DNA from: Nitrosopumilus sp.
GTDB taxonomy: Archaea; Thermoproteota; Nitrososphaeria; Nitrososphaerales; Nitrosopumilaceae
NCBI GenBank assembly: GCA_028343855.1
Contig: JAOLZN010000001.1
Coordinates: 27,559 to 91,558, forward strand
Direction: 5' to 3'
DNA length: 64,000 nt
Part shown: one piece after another, positions 29,423 through 40,323 of the stretch
Layout of the letters: every line of letters starts with the position of its first letter
Position numbering within the stretch: the stretch's first letter is position 1
Notes under the pieces: generated by a model
Databases searched by the model: none
Told to the model about the DNA's origin: nothing
The model's input: only the letters and a program-made list of their open reading frames with translations
Program-made: the position numbers and the translations under genes

Positions 29423-31478
29423 CTTTACTTCCTTCTTCTTTTGATTCAAATTTGTAAATCTGTTCAACGTTTGAATCTTCAAAAATTTCTGCATCGTGAG
29501 TAATGATTAAAAATTGCATTGGTGTTTGTGAGTTTGAAATTTCTGTTAATTGAGATAATACTCTAACCAATGATTTCTTTCTCTCAGCATCAAGATGTGT
29601 TGTTGGTTCATCAAGTATCATTAGATTTAGGTTTGATGAGCCTAGTAAACTTGCCATTCCTAATCGTAATGCTAATGCCACGCTTACTTTTTCCCCTCCA
29701 CTAAGTGATTCTAATTCTAAAACCTCTGTTTTTGAATAACAGGCAATTGATACGTCTCTGGCTTTTTCTGATAATGTAATTCTTTGAATTTTTGTATTTA
29801 GAAATGATAGATATTCTGAAGCTTTAACTGAAATTGAATTTAATGCCCATGATCTTAAGCTTGTTGCAACAGAACCATCTCTGCTGAAAATATTTGTTTG
29901 AACTTTATCTAATTTTGAAACATATTTTTTTACTACTTTAAGTTCTAAAATTACTTTTTGAATTGTTTCTATTTGTCTTTTGGCTTTATCTATCTTCTCT
30001 AAAATTCCTCCTATCTGTTGATCCATTTGAGATAAACTGTTTTGTTTTTCTGAGATTATATTTTTAAGATTTAAAAATTCTTTTTCACTGAATCCTTTTG
30101 TATCCACTTCTAATTTTAAAATATTTTCAAAAATTACTTTCGAATGATCATCAATTTGTGATATTTCTTTTAAATCATTATTGTTTATCATTGGTAATTT
30201 TTCTTTTTGAATCTGAGTCTCTTTTTGAATTTCTATTAATTCTTCTTTTGTATTTATTGAATGTGCTCTAAGAGTTGCTTCTGCATCTCTTGTTTTTTGT
30301 ACTTTTTCCAAAAATTCTTTCTTCTTTTGAGAATACATATCTTGTTCTTTTTCTTTTAGTTTGATATTTTCTTGTAATTTGATTATCTCTTCTTTGATAT
30401 GTTCTTCTTGAAAAAATGGATTTAATCTTTCTACAATTGAATCACACACTGGACATTTGTTATCTTTTAATTGTAATTTTGATGCAAGAATTTGTTTTTC
30501 TTTTAAAGATGCAATTTGACTTGCCATTTCTTGAATTTTTCTTAATGTGTCCTCTACTGCTTCTTCAACTTTCTGGATTTTTGACTCAAAATCCACTTTT
30601 AGTTTGATTTCCTCAAAACACCCTTCACAATCACGTATTTTACGCTCATTTTCACTAACTTTTTGCTGAATCTCTTTCATTGTTTCTTTAACATATCTTA
30701 ATAGCTCATCTTTTCGTAATTCTAATTGCTTGATTTTGTCAACTTTTGGTGTTTCAATTTCTAATTCTTTTTGCAATTTTTTTAATTCTTCGTGAATCTG
30801 CTTTTGCTTCAGTTCTAGTTGGTTTTTTTCAGGTTCTGCTTCTTTTATCTCCACATGTGATCTTTCAAGATCTCGTTGTAGAATCTCAATATGTGTATCA
30901 TCATATCCTAAATCTGTTTTAATTTTTTCACGAAATTCCTTTGTTACTTTTTTCATGGATTCAGATGCCACATCTAACTTGTCTATTCCAATTATGGCGT
31001 TGAGTAATTCTTTGAATTCTTTTGGCTTTGCATTAATTATTGAATTTAATTCACCTTGTTGAACAATTGATGCTATTTTTAATTTCTCAAAATCCATACC
31101 TATTGTTTTTTCTACTTGTTCTGTCATTGATTCTCCAAATTGTTTTCTCTCTCCTGCTGCAATTTCTACTCTGCCCTCCTTAGTTATTTGAGAAAATGTT
31201 GCAACTAAGCCCCCTTTACTATCAATTTTTCTTACTGTTTCATACTGCTTACCATTTATTAAAAATTCTACTTTTGAATAACCCTGATTTGAACCTCTTT
31301 TAATCAATCCTTTGTTTGATTTCCTTGTATGTTGTCCAAATAATGAAAATGTAATTCCATCTATGATGCTTGATTTTCCTGCACCGTTTTCTCCTACAAA
31401 AATTGTTACTCCTTTTTCAAACTCTAATTTTGTTTCTGAATGTGCTAAAAAATCCCCTAGTTCAATTGAAGTAATCAT
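29409..31478 (-). CDS. rad50: DNA double-strand break repair ATPase Rad50
   Basis: GENGAGKSS, Zn hook CPVC, LSGGE, ILDEPT. Confidence 0.95.
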   Translation of the reverse strand: MITSIELGDFLAHSETKLEFEKGVTIFVGENGAGKSSIIDGITFSLFGQHTRKSNKGLIKRGSNQGYSKVEFLINGKQYETVRKIDSKGGLVATFSQITKEGRVEIAAGERKQFGESMTEQVEKTIGMDFEKLKIASIVQQGELNSIINAKPKEFKELLNAIIGIDKLDVASESMKKVTKEFREKIKTDLGYDDTHIEILQRDLERSHVEIKEAEPEKNQLELKQKQIHEELKKLQKELEIETPKVDKIKQLELRKDELLRYVKETMKEIQQKVSENERKIRDCEGCFEEIKLKVDFESKIQKVEEAVEDTLRKIQEMASQIASLKEKQILASKLQLKDNKCPVCDSIVERLNPFFQEEHIKEEIIKLQENIKLKEKEQDMYSQKKKEFLEKVQKTRDAEATLRAHSINTKEELIEIQKETQIQKEKLPMINNNDLKEISQIDDHSKVIFENILKLEVDTKGFSEKEFLNLKNIISEKQNSLSQMDQQIGGILEKIDKAKRQIETIQKVILELKVVKKYVSKLDKVQTNIFSRDGSVATSLRSWALNSISVKASEYLSFLNTKIQRITLSEKARDVSIACYSKTEVLELESLSGGEKVSVALALRLGMASLLGSSNLNLMILDEPTTHLDAERKKSLVRVLSQLTEISNSQTPMQFLIITHDAEIFEDSNVEQIYKFESKEEGSKVIAL

Positions 31479-32617
31479 TGTTCTTCCTCTTTTTTGAATT
31501 TCTCATAATCGTGCAAAATTATCTCTAACGCTTCATTCATTCCATCTGTTGTCAGTGTTGGTAGGAGTTCTTTAATTGCAAAATCTGCATCTTTTTCTGA
31601 ATCTAGTGTTTTTGCTGAAAGTCTAAACATTTCATCTTCAATTACACTTGGTCTATCTAGAAATACTGATGAATCTGATATCTGCTTTGTAGTAATTTTC
31701 CAAAAACATCTTAGTGTTAATGCATTTAATCTGGCAATTTGTGCCTGAATTTGGTCTGTTTCTATCTCTTCGCCTTGTATTTTTACTTCAATAATTGGTT
31801 TTTTTGTAAGATTACTGATTTTTTCTATGATTTGATCAATTGTTTTTGATAATTCTTTGTATTCTGTATCAAATGAAAATTGAGGTCTTGTGTCTAATTC
31901 AATCCATTTTGGTACTGCTTCATCTCCTGAAATATCTACCTCAAAAAAACCTTTTTTGATATTCTTAATTCCTTCACTAGTTGTTAATTCAATTGAACCT
32001 GGATATGCAATTGGACCTTTTAGATGATTGAATTGTTTGATATCTTTATCATGTAAATGTCCCATTGCATAATATGTGAAATTTTTTGGTAAATCTGTTG
32101 ACTGCAACTCCCCTGCAAATCTGTTGAATTCTGTAATTCCTTGATGTAGTACCAATATCTTATGACCTGAAAATTTTTCTACACTTTTATCTAGATTTGA
32201 AAATACTTCTTCATATTGAGACATTTCTGTTTTTCTAATTTTGTCAAATCCTGCTAACATTATTCCTTTGTATTCTATTGGGTTACCATCACCTATGTAT
32301 TTTGAAAATCCTAAATTGTGATAGATGTATGGAATAGGTGTTGTTCTAATTCTACTGATATCATGTTCACCTAAAATAAAAAATGAGTCTATGTTGTTTT
32401 CTTTTAATCTTTTTAATGCATTTCCCATTTGTACTATTGCACTTCCATTTGGAGTGGGTACATGAAAAATATCTCCTGCAAAAATTACAAAATCCACATT
32501 GTTTTCAATTGATTTGTCAATTGCTTGATTAAAAACATCATACACATCTTCCTCTCTTTCATTGGAACCATACTGAACTAATCCCAAATGTGTATCTGAA
32601 ATATGTGAAAATAACAT
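31475..32617 (-). CDS. mre11: DNA double-strand break repair nuclease Mre11
   Basis: SDTHLG, AGDIFH, GEHD, GHLH, YPGS. Confidence 0.95.
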   Translation of the reverse strand: MLFSHISDTHLGLVQYGSNEREEDVYDVFNQAIDKSIENNVDFVIFAGDIFHVPTPNGSAIVQMGNALKRLKENNIDSFFILGEHDISRIRTTPIPYIYHNLGFSKYIGDGNPIEYKGIMLAGFDKIRKTEMSQYEEVFSNLDKSVEKFSGHKILVLHQGITEFNRFAGELQSTDLPKNFTYYAMGHLHDKDIKQFNHLKGPIAYPGSIELTTSEGIKNIKKGFFEVDISGDEAVPKWIELDTRPQFSFDTEYKELSKTIDQIIEKISNLTKKPIIEVKIQGEEIETDQIQAQIARLNALTLRCFWKITTKQISDSSVFLDRPSVIEDEMFRLSAKTLDSEKDADFAIKELLPTLTTDGMNEALEIILHDYEKFKKEEEQ

Positions 32618-34149
32618 TAGTCTAATAACAAATCTTTTTGAACTAATCCTTGCGTAGATTCTACTCCGACATTTTTCATTTTATCTGCCTTTATCCAAGC
32701 TTTAGTTGCACTTTGATCTGCTCCCATTTTCTTTTCTTTGACTTCTTCCACATGAACCATTGATGGTAAATTCGTCCATTGACCCACAAGAACTGCATCT
32801 CCTACGTTTAATGACGTCAATTGTGATATCAATTCACGACTGGTTGATTCTGTGGCTGAGGCTATCTGTCTCTGGTCATCTTCTTGAATGATTTTCATTA
32901 TTGCAAATGAGCCCATTTGACTGAGGATGTTTAAATCTACACTGCGTGGTCTCTGAGAAACTATTGCTAAACCTACCCCAAATTTCCTTCCTTCTCTAGC
33001 AATTTTTGCAGCCCAATACTTTGCTGCAGTATCGTGATCTTTTGGAATGAATACGTGTGCTTCTTCAAGGATTATGAAAACTGGTTCAAAGAATTTGTAA
33101 TCTTTTTGTTTCTTTGATTTTCCATGTTTTGCTATAGTTGCATTTTTTCTATCTTTTAGTAGTTGTTGCAAATAAAATCCCATTGCTACATTTGCTTGTT
33201 TTTCTGATAATTCTGAAATGTTAATGATGTTTGTACATCCTTCTTTAATGTAGTCCATTGGATTTCCAATTTCTGGATCCAAAATATCATCAAATCTTTT
33301 TTGTGCATCTTCTATGATATCTTGCACTCTGTATGCTGATGTTCTGATTTCTTTTAATTTTTTATCCTCTGAATTTACAAGTAAATCTACTTCATATTCT
33401 AATTTGTTCCAAAATTCTCCTGCTTCTTTTACTTCTTGAGTAAATGACATCCTTAAAACTCGTTGTTGTACATCTGCATTTTCTCTAATTTCTAAAACTT
33501 CTGAAAACTGATCTGCTTCAAGTAATCTTGGATTAATTTTTGCATCAATCACATTCACATTTGGAATATTCAATGTTGTGTAATCATTGTGATAATCAAA
33601 AATTATTACTGTTCCTTTTACTTCTGAAATTTTTTTTGTAATTAAGGAAACTAAATTACTTTTACCCATTCCCGTCATAGCTAGAATTCCTAAGTGTCTA
33701 GATACGATTCTGTCTAGATTTATTTTAGCTTCGATTTTTTTATTTCGTAACAAATTTCCAATTTTTAACCAACCATCTTTTTTTGGACTGAAAATTTCTT
33801 CTAAATCCTGATTTGTTGGTTGTGTAATTTCTGTGCCTGGAATTGGTGGAATTGCAGGAATTATTGACTGACCCCTACGTAAATTCTCTAAAAATCCTAA
33901 AATTCCTATATGTGCTGTGAATGTTTTGTCTCTCTTATTGATATCTGCAATTTCTGTACTTTCTTCTGCTTCATGAAAATTTCTGACATCTGTAAATGCT
34001 GCACTTGATACTGATGATCTCTCAACTAATCCTAAAATTTCTCCTTCATCAATACTGATTTTGATATATTCCCCAACTGATAATGATCGTGATGTTATTG
34101 CTGTCACTGATGTCGGCTTTGATTCTCCAACCACAAAACCCAAACTCAT
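32617..34149 (-). CDS. herA: HerA helicase
   Basis: HAS barrel, RHLGILAMTGMGKS, LEEAH, AREGRKFG, SQRP. Confidence 0.95.
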   Translation of the reverse strand: MSLGFVVGESKPTSVTAITSRSLSVGEYIKISIDEGEILGLVERSSVSSAAFTDVRNFHEAEESTEIADINKRDKTFTAHIGILGFLENLRRGQSIIPAIPPIPGTEITQPTNQDLEEIFSPKKDGWLKIGNLLRNKKIEAKINLDRIVSRHLGILAMTGMGKSNLVSLITKKISEVKGTVIIFDYHNDYTTLNIPNVNVIDAKINPRLLEADQFSEVLEIRENADVQQRVLRMSFTQEVKEAGEFWNKLEYEVDLLVNSEDKKLKEIRTSAYRVQDIIEDAQKRFDDILDPEIGNPMDYIKEGCTNIINISELSEKQANVAMGFYLQQLLKDRKNATIAKHGKSKKQKDYKFFEPVFIILEEAHVFIPKDHDTAAKYWAAKIAREGRKFGVGLAIVSQRPRSVDLNILSQMGSFAIMKIIQEDDQRQIASATESTSRELISQLTSLNVGDAVLVGQWTNLPSMVHVEEVKEKKMGADQSATKAWIKADKMKNVGVESTQGLVQKDLLLD

Positions 34150-34982
34150 CCTAATACCTCTCTAGAACCAATTTCATTACTTAATCCTAACAAACTAACC
34201 ATTTTACCAAGTTCTTTGTCTGATATTTTACAGTTGTTGTGTGCAAGCTTTAGTGCATATGGATATCCACCTACACTAGTTTTAAACAGTTTATTCATTA
34301 TTGATTTCACTTCATCATTATCATGTTTTCCACCTAAAAATTCTAATTTGATAATTGGTGTCGAATCACTTAATCTTACAAATGTTGATGAAATAATTTT
34401 ATCTGGTCCATAATTCCTTTCTACAAATATTTCACTAAAACCTGGACCGTTTGTTACATGATTGTAATAAAAAATATCTCCTGCAAGTGATCCTAAATTC
34501 TCAAATTGTTTTTTTGTATTTGATGTTTTTGCAATAAAAATAACATTTCTTTTTTTATTCATTGTTCTAACAACTTGTGCATCTAGTGCTGATTGTCTTG
34601 TCATAAATTGAGAATGCAGTGAACCATCCATTAAAACTAAATCTACCTCATCTACTGTTTTTTCACATGCATCAATCTCCATTTTACTTGCAATTCTTGA
34701 AAGATCCGTATCTGAACCTAATCCTGAATCATGAAGATCAACAAGGATATCTCCATCAGATTTTATTGAAACTGCTGTAGTTGCCCATAATTCAATGCCT
34801 TGAAATTTTGTATTGTTGAAACTACTATCAATGCCTGCTGTGATCACCTCTTCTTTAGTAGGCGTGAAATCATTCCAATTTGCCTGTGCTTTATGTAAAA
34901 TTTGTTCAAATTTAGGACCTTTTAGAATTGATAACATTTTTTCTCTATTGATAATGGCATCTTTGTAAACTGTATTGAGCAC
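34146..34982 (-). CDS. nurA: NurA 5'-3' nuclease
   Basis: AGIDSS, MDGSL, GYPYALKLAH; in the herA operon. Confidence 0.93.
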   Translation of the reverse strand: MLNTVYKDAIINREKMLSILKGPKFEQILHKAQANWNDFTPTKEEVITAGIDSSFNNTKFQGIELWATTAVSIKSDGDILVDLHDSGLGSDTDLSRIASKMEIDACEKTVDEVDLVLMDGSLHSQFMTRQSALDAQVVRTMNKKRNVIFIAKTSNTKKQFENLGSLAGDIFYYNHVTNGPGFSEIFVERNYGPDKIISSTFVRLSDSTPIIKLEFLGGKHDNDEVKSIMNKLFKTSVGGYPYALKLAHNNCKISDKELGKMVSLLGLSNEIGSREVLG

Positions 34983-35125
34983 AACAATACTTGGTATGTT
35001 TGAATAAAATCTTTAGGTTATGTTGATATTTGACAAAGATGATCCATTAAACCATGATTGAGATATAGAATTATGTGCTTATTTTGAACTATCATTAATT
35101 AAGAGAACTTTTCTATTGTGATCAC

Positions 35126-35944
35126 TTGAAAAAAATTGGATTATTAGGTTGTGGTGTGATGGGTACTCAGATTGCACTTGCAATTGATTCTGGTAAAATT
35201 CCAGGAATTTTGACACATGTTTATGATGATTCAAAAGATGCATCTTCTGTACTTGTTTCAAAATTAAATAACAAGCCCGTAATTGTAGAAAATTCTCATT
35301 TACTATCTTCACATTCTGTAAATATTGTAGTTGAAGCAGCGTCTCAAAATGCAGTAAGAGATGATGGTTTGAGTATTCTACAAAATAAACGTGATTTTAT
35401 GATTATGAGTGTAGGTGCATTATTGGATGAATCTATTTATGATATTTTATATGATGCATGTGATCATTTTAAAAAAACAATTTATCTTCCATCGGGAGCA
35501 ATTGCTGGATTAGATGGTTTAAAATCAATTAAAAATGAATTAGAATCTGTATCTATTACTACAACAAAACATCCTCGTTCATTAAAGGGCGCAAAATTTT
35601 TTGAAACTTCTGAAATTAATTTGGATTCAATTAATTCTCAAACTATTATTTTTGAAGGAACTGCACGTGATGCAGTTTCACTATTTCCTGCAAATGTCAA
35701 TGTAGCTGCACTTGTATCTTTATCTGGAATTGGCAGTGATAAAACATCAGTAAAAATTATAGCTGATCCTGACACTGATAAAAATACTCATCATATTGAA
35801 GCAATAGGAAAATCTGGAAAAATGACTTTCACTATTGAAAATATGCCAGATCCACTAAATCCTAAGACTAGTAGATTGGCAATTTTATCTGCAATTGAAA
35901 CTCTGAGACAATATTGCTCAGATGACATTCAAATTGGCACATAA
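35126..35944 (+). CDS. nadX: L-aspartate dehydrogenase
   Basis: GLLGCGVMG, VEAASQ, PSGAIAGLD, FPANVNVAA. Confidence 0.92.
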   Translation: MKKIGLLGCGVMGTQIALAIDSGKIPGILTHVYDDSKDASSVLVSKLNNKPVIVENSHLLSSHSVNIVVEAASQNAVRDDGLSILQNKRDFMIMSVGALLDESIYDILYDACDHFKKTIYLPSGAIAGLDGLKSIKNELESVSITTTKHPRSLKGAKFFETSEINLDSINSQTIIFEGTARDAVSLFPANVNVAALVSLSGIGSDKTSVKIIADPDTDKNTHHIEAIGKSGKMTFTIENMPDPLNPKTSRLAILSAIETLRQYCSDDIQIGT

Positions 35945-36035
35945 ATGGCAAAACTTGCCACCTTTAGAGAATCTATAGAAGATTATAGACTACTTCATAT
36001 TCTTTAAATTTACATATATTCAATTTTTTTCGATA

Positions 36036-36992
36036 ATGTTAGTTCAAGATACTTCATTTCTAAAAAATGAAATTATGCGATTGAAAAAGGAAAAAGATGT
36101 TGTAATTTTAGCTCATAATTATGAAATTCCTGATGTTCAGGATGTAGCTGATTTCACTGGAGATTCACTTGGATTATCTAGATTGGCTGCTACTGTTACT
36201 CAAAAAACAATTTTATTTTGTGGAGTTCATTTTATGGCAGAAACTGCTGCAATTATTAGTCCTGAAAAAAGAGTCCTTATACCTTCTTTAGAAGCTGGTT
36301 GTTCCTTATCTGATTCAATAACTGTTGATGAACTACGTAATTGGAAAAAACAATATCCTAATGCAATATCTGTAGGTTATGTGAATACTACTGCTGAAAT
36401 AAAATCTGAACTTGATTATTGTTGTACTTCATCTAATGCTGTAAATGTTGTAAAGGCAATTCCTGAAGATAAGGAAATTTTGTTTTTACCTGACATGTTT
36501 CTTGGTTCTTATGTTGCAAAAATGACTGGAAGGAAAAATATGCATATTTGGGCTGGCGAATGCCATGTACATGCTGGTATCACTCCTGAAGATGTTACTA
36601 AAAAATTGAAATCAATGAAGGATGCTGAGTTTGTTATTCATCCTGAATGTAGTTGTACAACACCTATGATGTATGATGTTGCTGATGGTAGCTATGACGA
36701 TAACAAGGTTTCAATTCTTTCAACTGAAGGAATGTTAAATCATGTAAGTAAATCTAAATCTAAAAATTTTGTTGTTGCAACTGAAACTGGTATCTTGTAT
36801 AGGATGAAAAAACAAAATCCTGATAAAACATTCATACCTGCTTCTGAAAAAGCTGAATGTCAATATATGAAAATGATCACTCTTGAAAAAGTGTATGATG
36901 CATTAGTAAACGAAAAAAATTTAGTTACTGTTCCAAAAAAAATTGCTGATAAAGCTCGTTTGGCAATTGATAGAATGCTAGAAATTAGTTAG
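36036..36992 (+). CDS. nadA: Quinolinate synthase
   Basis: ILAHNY, GDSLGL, FCGVHFMAE, YVNT, HPEC. Confidence 0.95.
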   Translation: MLVQDTSFLKNEIMRLKKEKDVVILAHNYEIPDVQDVADFTGDSLGLSRLAATVTQKTILFCGVHFMAETAAIISPEKRVLIPSLEAGCSLSDSITVDELRNWKKQYPNAISVGYVNTTAEIKSELDYCCTSSNAVNVVKAIPEDKEILFLPDMFLGSYVAKMTGRKNMHIWAGECHVHAGITPEDVTKKLKSMKDAEFVIHPECSCTTPMMYDVADGSYDDNKVSILSTEGMLNHVSKSKSKNFVVATETGILYRMKKQNPDKTFIPASEKAECQYMKMITLEKVYDALVNEKNLVTVPKKIADKARLAIDRMLEIS

Positions 36993-36995
36993 CAT

Positions 36996-37397
36996 GTGAT
37001 TACATTGGTTGGATTATTTAGTAAAACTCCTGAAGATATTGCATTTAAAAAAAATATTGACCAATTTAAAAAATTCAAAAAACTAGTTAAAAATAAAAAA
37101 TACTCTGAAGCTTTGAAATTAGGCTTAGATTATCTGGAAAAAGTTCCCTATAATCATGATGCATTGTTTACTATCGGAGGAATATATTATCTGAAAAATA
37201 AATATCGTACTGCTATCTCTTTTTTTGATCGGGCTCTTGAAACTGGAGATTCTGATGTAGAGGTTTTACTTATGAAGGCATATTGTCATCAAAAACTACA
37301 AGAAAATACAATTGCATTTGAATGTTGTAAGAAAATTAAAGAACTTGATCCAAAAAATAAATCTATGATTAATCTACTATCTGAATTAAATTCTTAA
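36996..37397 (+). CDS. TPR-repeat protein
   Basis: TPR-like helices (ALFTIGGIYY...AISFFDRALE). Confidence 0.75.
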   Translation: MITLVGLFSKTPEDIAFKKNIDQFKKFKKLVKNKKYSEALKLGLDYLEKVPYNHDALFTIGGIYYLKNKYRTAISFFDRALETGDSDVEVLLMKAYCHQKLQENTIAFECCKKIKELDPKNKSMINLLSELNS

Positions 37398-38209
37398 ATT
37401 TCTAAACTAACATCAATTCCTTTAACTGAATTGGTTATGCTTCCAATTGATATTATGTCTACCCCCGTCTTACCATATCTGGATATGTTTTTAGAATTAA
37501 TTCCACCTGATGCCTCTAATAAAATATTTTTTCTTAATTTTTTATCTTTCAGAATTTTAATTGTTTTGATGATTTGTGATGGGGAAAAATTATCCAACAT
37601 GATTATTGTTGCCCCTTCTTGAGCTGCAAGAACTGCATCTTCTGTATTCTCAACTTCAACTTCAAATTTTTTATATTTTTTTTTAGTTTTTTTAATTAGA
37701 GATGGTAAAGATTGTTCTACTGCTATATGATTGTCTTTAATCATCACCATTTCATCTAATCGCAATCTGTGTTTTTTACCTCCACCAATTTCTACAGCTT
37801 CTTTATCAAAATATCTTAATCCTGGTGCTGTTTTTCTTGTTGCATACAATTTTGTCTTATTTGGAATTTTTTTTACAAGTTGATTTGTTTGTGTTGCAAT
37901 TCCACTCATTCTTGTTATGATGTTTAATGCAGTTCTTTCACACGTCAAAATTTTATCTGCATTTCCTGAAATTTCCATAATATTTTGATTTGGTTTAATT
38001 TTTGAACCATCTTTAGAAATAATTCTCACTTTACATCCTTTGATAACAAAAATTTCTTTTGCATATTTCGTGCCTGCTACGATAGCATTCTCTCTTGAAA
38101 TGATTTTTACTGATATTTTCTTTTTTGATAATAATGCACTTGTAATGTCTCCTTTACCTATGTCTTCTGCAAGAAATTGTTTTAATTGTTTTTTTGGATT
38201 AAATGACAA
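37394..38209 (-). CDS. nadC: Nicotinate-nucleotide pyrophosphorylase (carboxylating)
   Basis: TRKTAPGLR, MIKDNH, EVEV, MLDN, EASGGI. Confidence 0.95.
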   Translation of the reverse strand: MSFNPKKQLKQFLAEDIGKGDITSALLSKKKISVKIISRENAIVAGTKYAKEIFVIKGCKVRIISKDGSKIKPNQNIMEISGNADKILTCERTALNIITRMSGIATQTNQLVKKIPNKTKLYATRKTAPGLRYFDKEAVEIGGGKKHRLRLDEMVMIKDNHIAVEQSLPSLIKKTKKKYKKFEVEVENTEDAVLAAQEGATIIMLDNFSPSQIIKTIKILKDKKLRKNILLEASGGINSKNISRYGKTGVDIISIGSITNSVKGIDVSLEI

Positions 38210-38254
38210 TATTATGATTAAATGTTAATATGATTTTAAAGATTTATAATTTTT

Positions 38255-38443
38255 TTATGTTACTTTGATTGCATATTTGCCTTTTTGAGTAATTGCTAAT
38301 GTTTTTGAAATTTCTGAATTTGTTGGATCAACTACTAGAACAACACCATTCCAATCTGGAGTTAAGTCTGATGATTTACAAGCTGGACAAACTTTTTCTG
38401 TTGTTACACGTTTACATTTTCTACAAGCCATTTCTCGTGCCAT
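38255..38443 (-). CDS. spt4: Transcription elongation factor Spt4 (RpoE'')
   Basis: ACRKCK...CPAC...WNG...GKYAIKV. Confidence 0.93.
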   Translation of the reverse strand: MAREMACRKCKRVTTEKVCPACKSSDLTPDWNGVVLVVDPTNSEISKTLAITQKGKYAIKVT

Positions 38444-38444
38444 T

Positions 38445-39038
38445 TTAACTGGCCTCTACTTTAGCTTCTTTTGCTGGTTTACCTGAACCATCTGCCTTTT
38501 TAATTTCTTCTTCAATCCATTCATCTGCTCCAAGGAATGGTTGTCTACAAGTAATTCCAATTTTACCCATTGCTGCAGCTTTTCCTAATGATACTGCAGT
38601 TATTCTTGCACGAAGTGTTGAACCAACTTTTAATGTTCTTCCACTTTGATTAGCTAAAATTAATCCCATCTTAACATCACTCTTTAGATAATCATCCATA
38701 ACTTGTGATAAGTGAAGTAATGCATCAGTAGGACCAATTCTTACAAATGCTCCAAAGTCTGTAATATCTACAATTTCACCTTGAACAATTTCTTGTAATT
38801 TTGGATAAAATGTAAGTGCCTCAAATTGTACTTTATGGAATGTTCCTCCATCCCCTGCAATCATTTTACCCATTTCATCAACTTTAGCATCTAAAATCAT
38901 AATGATGTAGCCTAATTCTGCATTGATCATACTCTCGTACTTTTCTTTGAGAATATTGACTGCTGCCTTTTTGAGCGTAGTTCCAAATAAGCTTGGAGGA
39001 ATCCTAACGACATCAACTAGGGTAGATATAGAAAACAA
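38445..39038 (-). CDS. rpo7: RNA polymerase subunit Rpo7 (E')
   Basis: VRIPP, S1 domain FGAFVRIGPTDALLHLSQ. Confidence 0.94.
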   Translation of the reverse strand: MFSISTLVDVVRIPPSLFGTTLKKAAVNILKEKYESMINAELGYIIMILDAKVDEMGKMIAGDGGTFHKVQFEALTFYPKLQEIVQGEIVDITDFGAFVRIGPTDALLHLSQVMDDYLKSDVKMGLILANQSGRTLKVGSTLRARITAVSLGKAAAMGKIGITCRQPFLGADEWIEEEIKKADGSGKPAKEAKVEAS

Positions 39039-39185
39039 CTGATTTGTTTTTCTTGAATTTCAATTTATGAATCTTTGGGTGATTTATCTTGTATTTCTAA
39101 AGATTTTGATGATTTTTCAAAAAAATCACAATTTTTTTCCATATCTGACTTATCTTTAAATATTGTATCTTGATTTTTTGATGCA

Positions 39186-40313
39186 ATGGTTGGCATAGAT
39201 CAAGTTCTTGAAAAACTCAGTACTGTAATTGATCCTGATTTAAAAAAGGATATTGTATCTATGGGAATGATAAAAGATTTAGAACTAAATGATGGTGATC
39301 TCAAATTTACTTTAGAATTAACAACTCCGGCATGTCCATTCAATGTAGAAATTGAAGATGATGTTAGAAAAGCAATAGCAGAACTTTCTGACTTGAAAAA
39401 TTTTGATTTGAATGTCACTGCAAAAGTGATGGAGGGTCGTTCACTTGATGCTGATACTCAAATGGCAACTGTGAAAAATATTATTGGTGTTGCAAGTGGA
39501 AAAGGAGGAGTTGGTAAATCTACTGTCTCATTAAATTTAGCTTTAGCGTTATCTCAAACAGGAGCAAAAGTTGGTTTACTTGATGCAGATATCTATGGTC
39601 CAAGTATTCCTTTGATGTTGGGAATGAAAGATGGTTCTATGGAAGTCGAAGATAATAAACTTCAACCTGCCGATTGCAATGGATTAAAGGTTGTTTCATT
39701 TGGCTTTTTTGCAGACCAATCTAATCAAGCCGCAATTTATCGTGGTCCTATTATTTCTGGAATTTTAAAACAATTTTTAGTCGATACAAATTGGTCCGAA
39801 TTAGATTACTTGATTGTTGATCTTCCTCCTGGCACTGGAGATATTCCATTAACACTTGCACAAACAATTCCTATTACTGGTATTCTTGTTATTACGACTC
39901 CTCAAGATGTTGCAAGTAATGTTGCAGTTAAAGCAGTTTCAATGTTTGAAAAATTAAATGTTCCAATTATTGGTGTAATAGAAAACATGAGTCATTTCAT
40001 TTGTCCAAATTGTGATGATAAACATTATATTTTTGGTGATGGTGGAGCTAAGAAAATTAGTGAACAATTTAAAATTCCATTCTTAGGTGAAATTCCATTG
40101 AATTATGGAATTATGTCTGGTTCTGATTTAGGAAAACCTATCATGAGTACTGATACTAATTCTCCAAGTGCTGATGCGTTTAGGACTAGTGCAAAAAATG
40201 TTGCAGCCCAATGTAGTATTATAGCATCTAACTTACAGGAAGAAATGGAATCTGAGACAAATGAGTCTGAATCCACTAGCGATACACCTACATCTGAGAA
40301 TCCTTCTTCTTAA
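39186..40313 (+). CDS. Mrp/NBP35 (ApbC) Fe-S cluster carrier ATPase
   Basis: N-terminal FeS-assembly domain (DPD...TTPACP), GKGGVGKST, DLPPGTGD, ENMS..CPNC. Confidence 0.93.
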   Translation: MVGIDQVLEKLSTVIDPDLKKDIVSMGMIKDLELNDGDLKFTLELTTPACPFNVEIEDDVRKAIAELSDLKNFDLNVTAKVMEGRSLDADTQMATVKNIIGVASGKGGVGKSTVSLNLALALSQTGAKVGLLDADIYGPSIPLMLGMKDGSMEVEDNKLQPADCNGLKVVSFGFFADQSNQAAIYRGPIISGILKQFLVDTNWSELDYLIVDLPPGTGDIPLTLAQTIPITGILVITTPQDVASNVAVKAVSMFEKLNVPIIGVIENMSHFICPNCDDKHYIFGDGGAKKISEQFKIPFLGEIPLNYGIMSGSDLGKPIMSTDTNSPSADAFRTSAKNVAAQCSIIASNLQEEMESETNESESTSDTPTSENPSS

Positions 40314-40323
40314 TCTGATTGTT

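Noticed and set aside
35079-35312. 77-aa minus-strand ORF
   Set aside because: Antisense overlap with nadX and no motif.
39063-39140. 25-aa minus-strand ORF upstream of rpo7
   Set aside because: Too short, no motif, and lies in a divergent promoter region.
40261-40323. N-terminal extension of the dephospho-CoA kinase
   Set aside because: It overlaps the 3' end of mrp; GTG at 40324 is the more plausible start.
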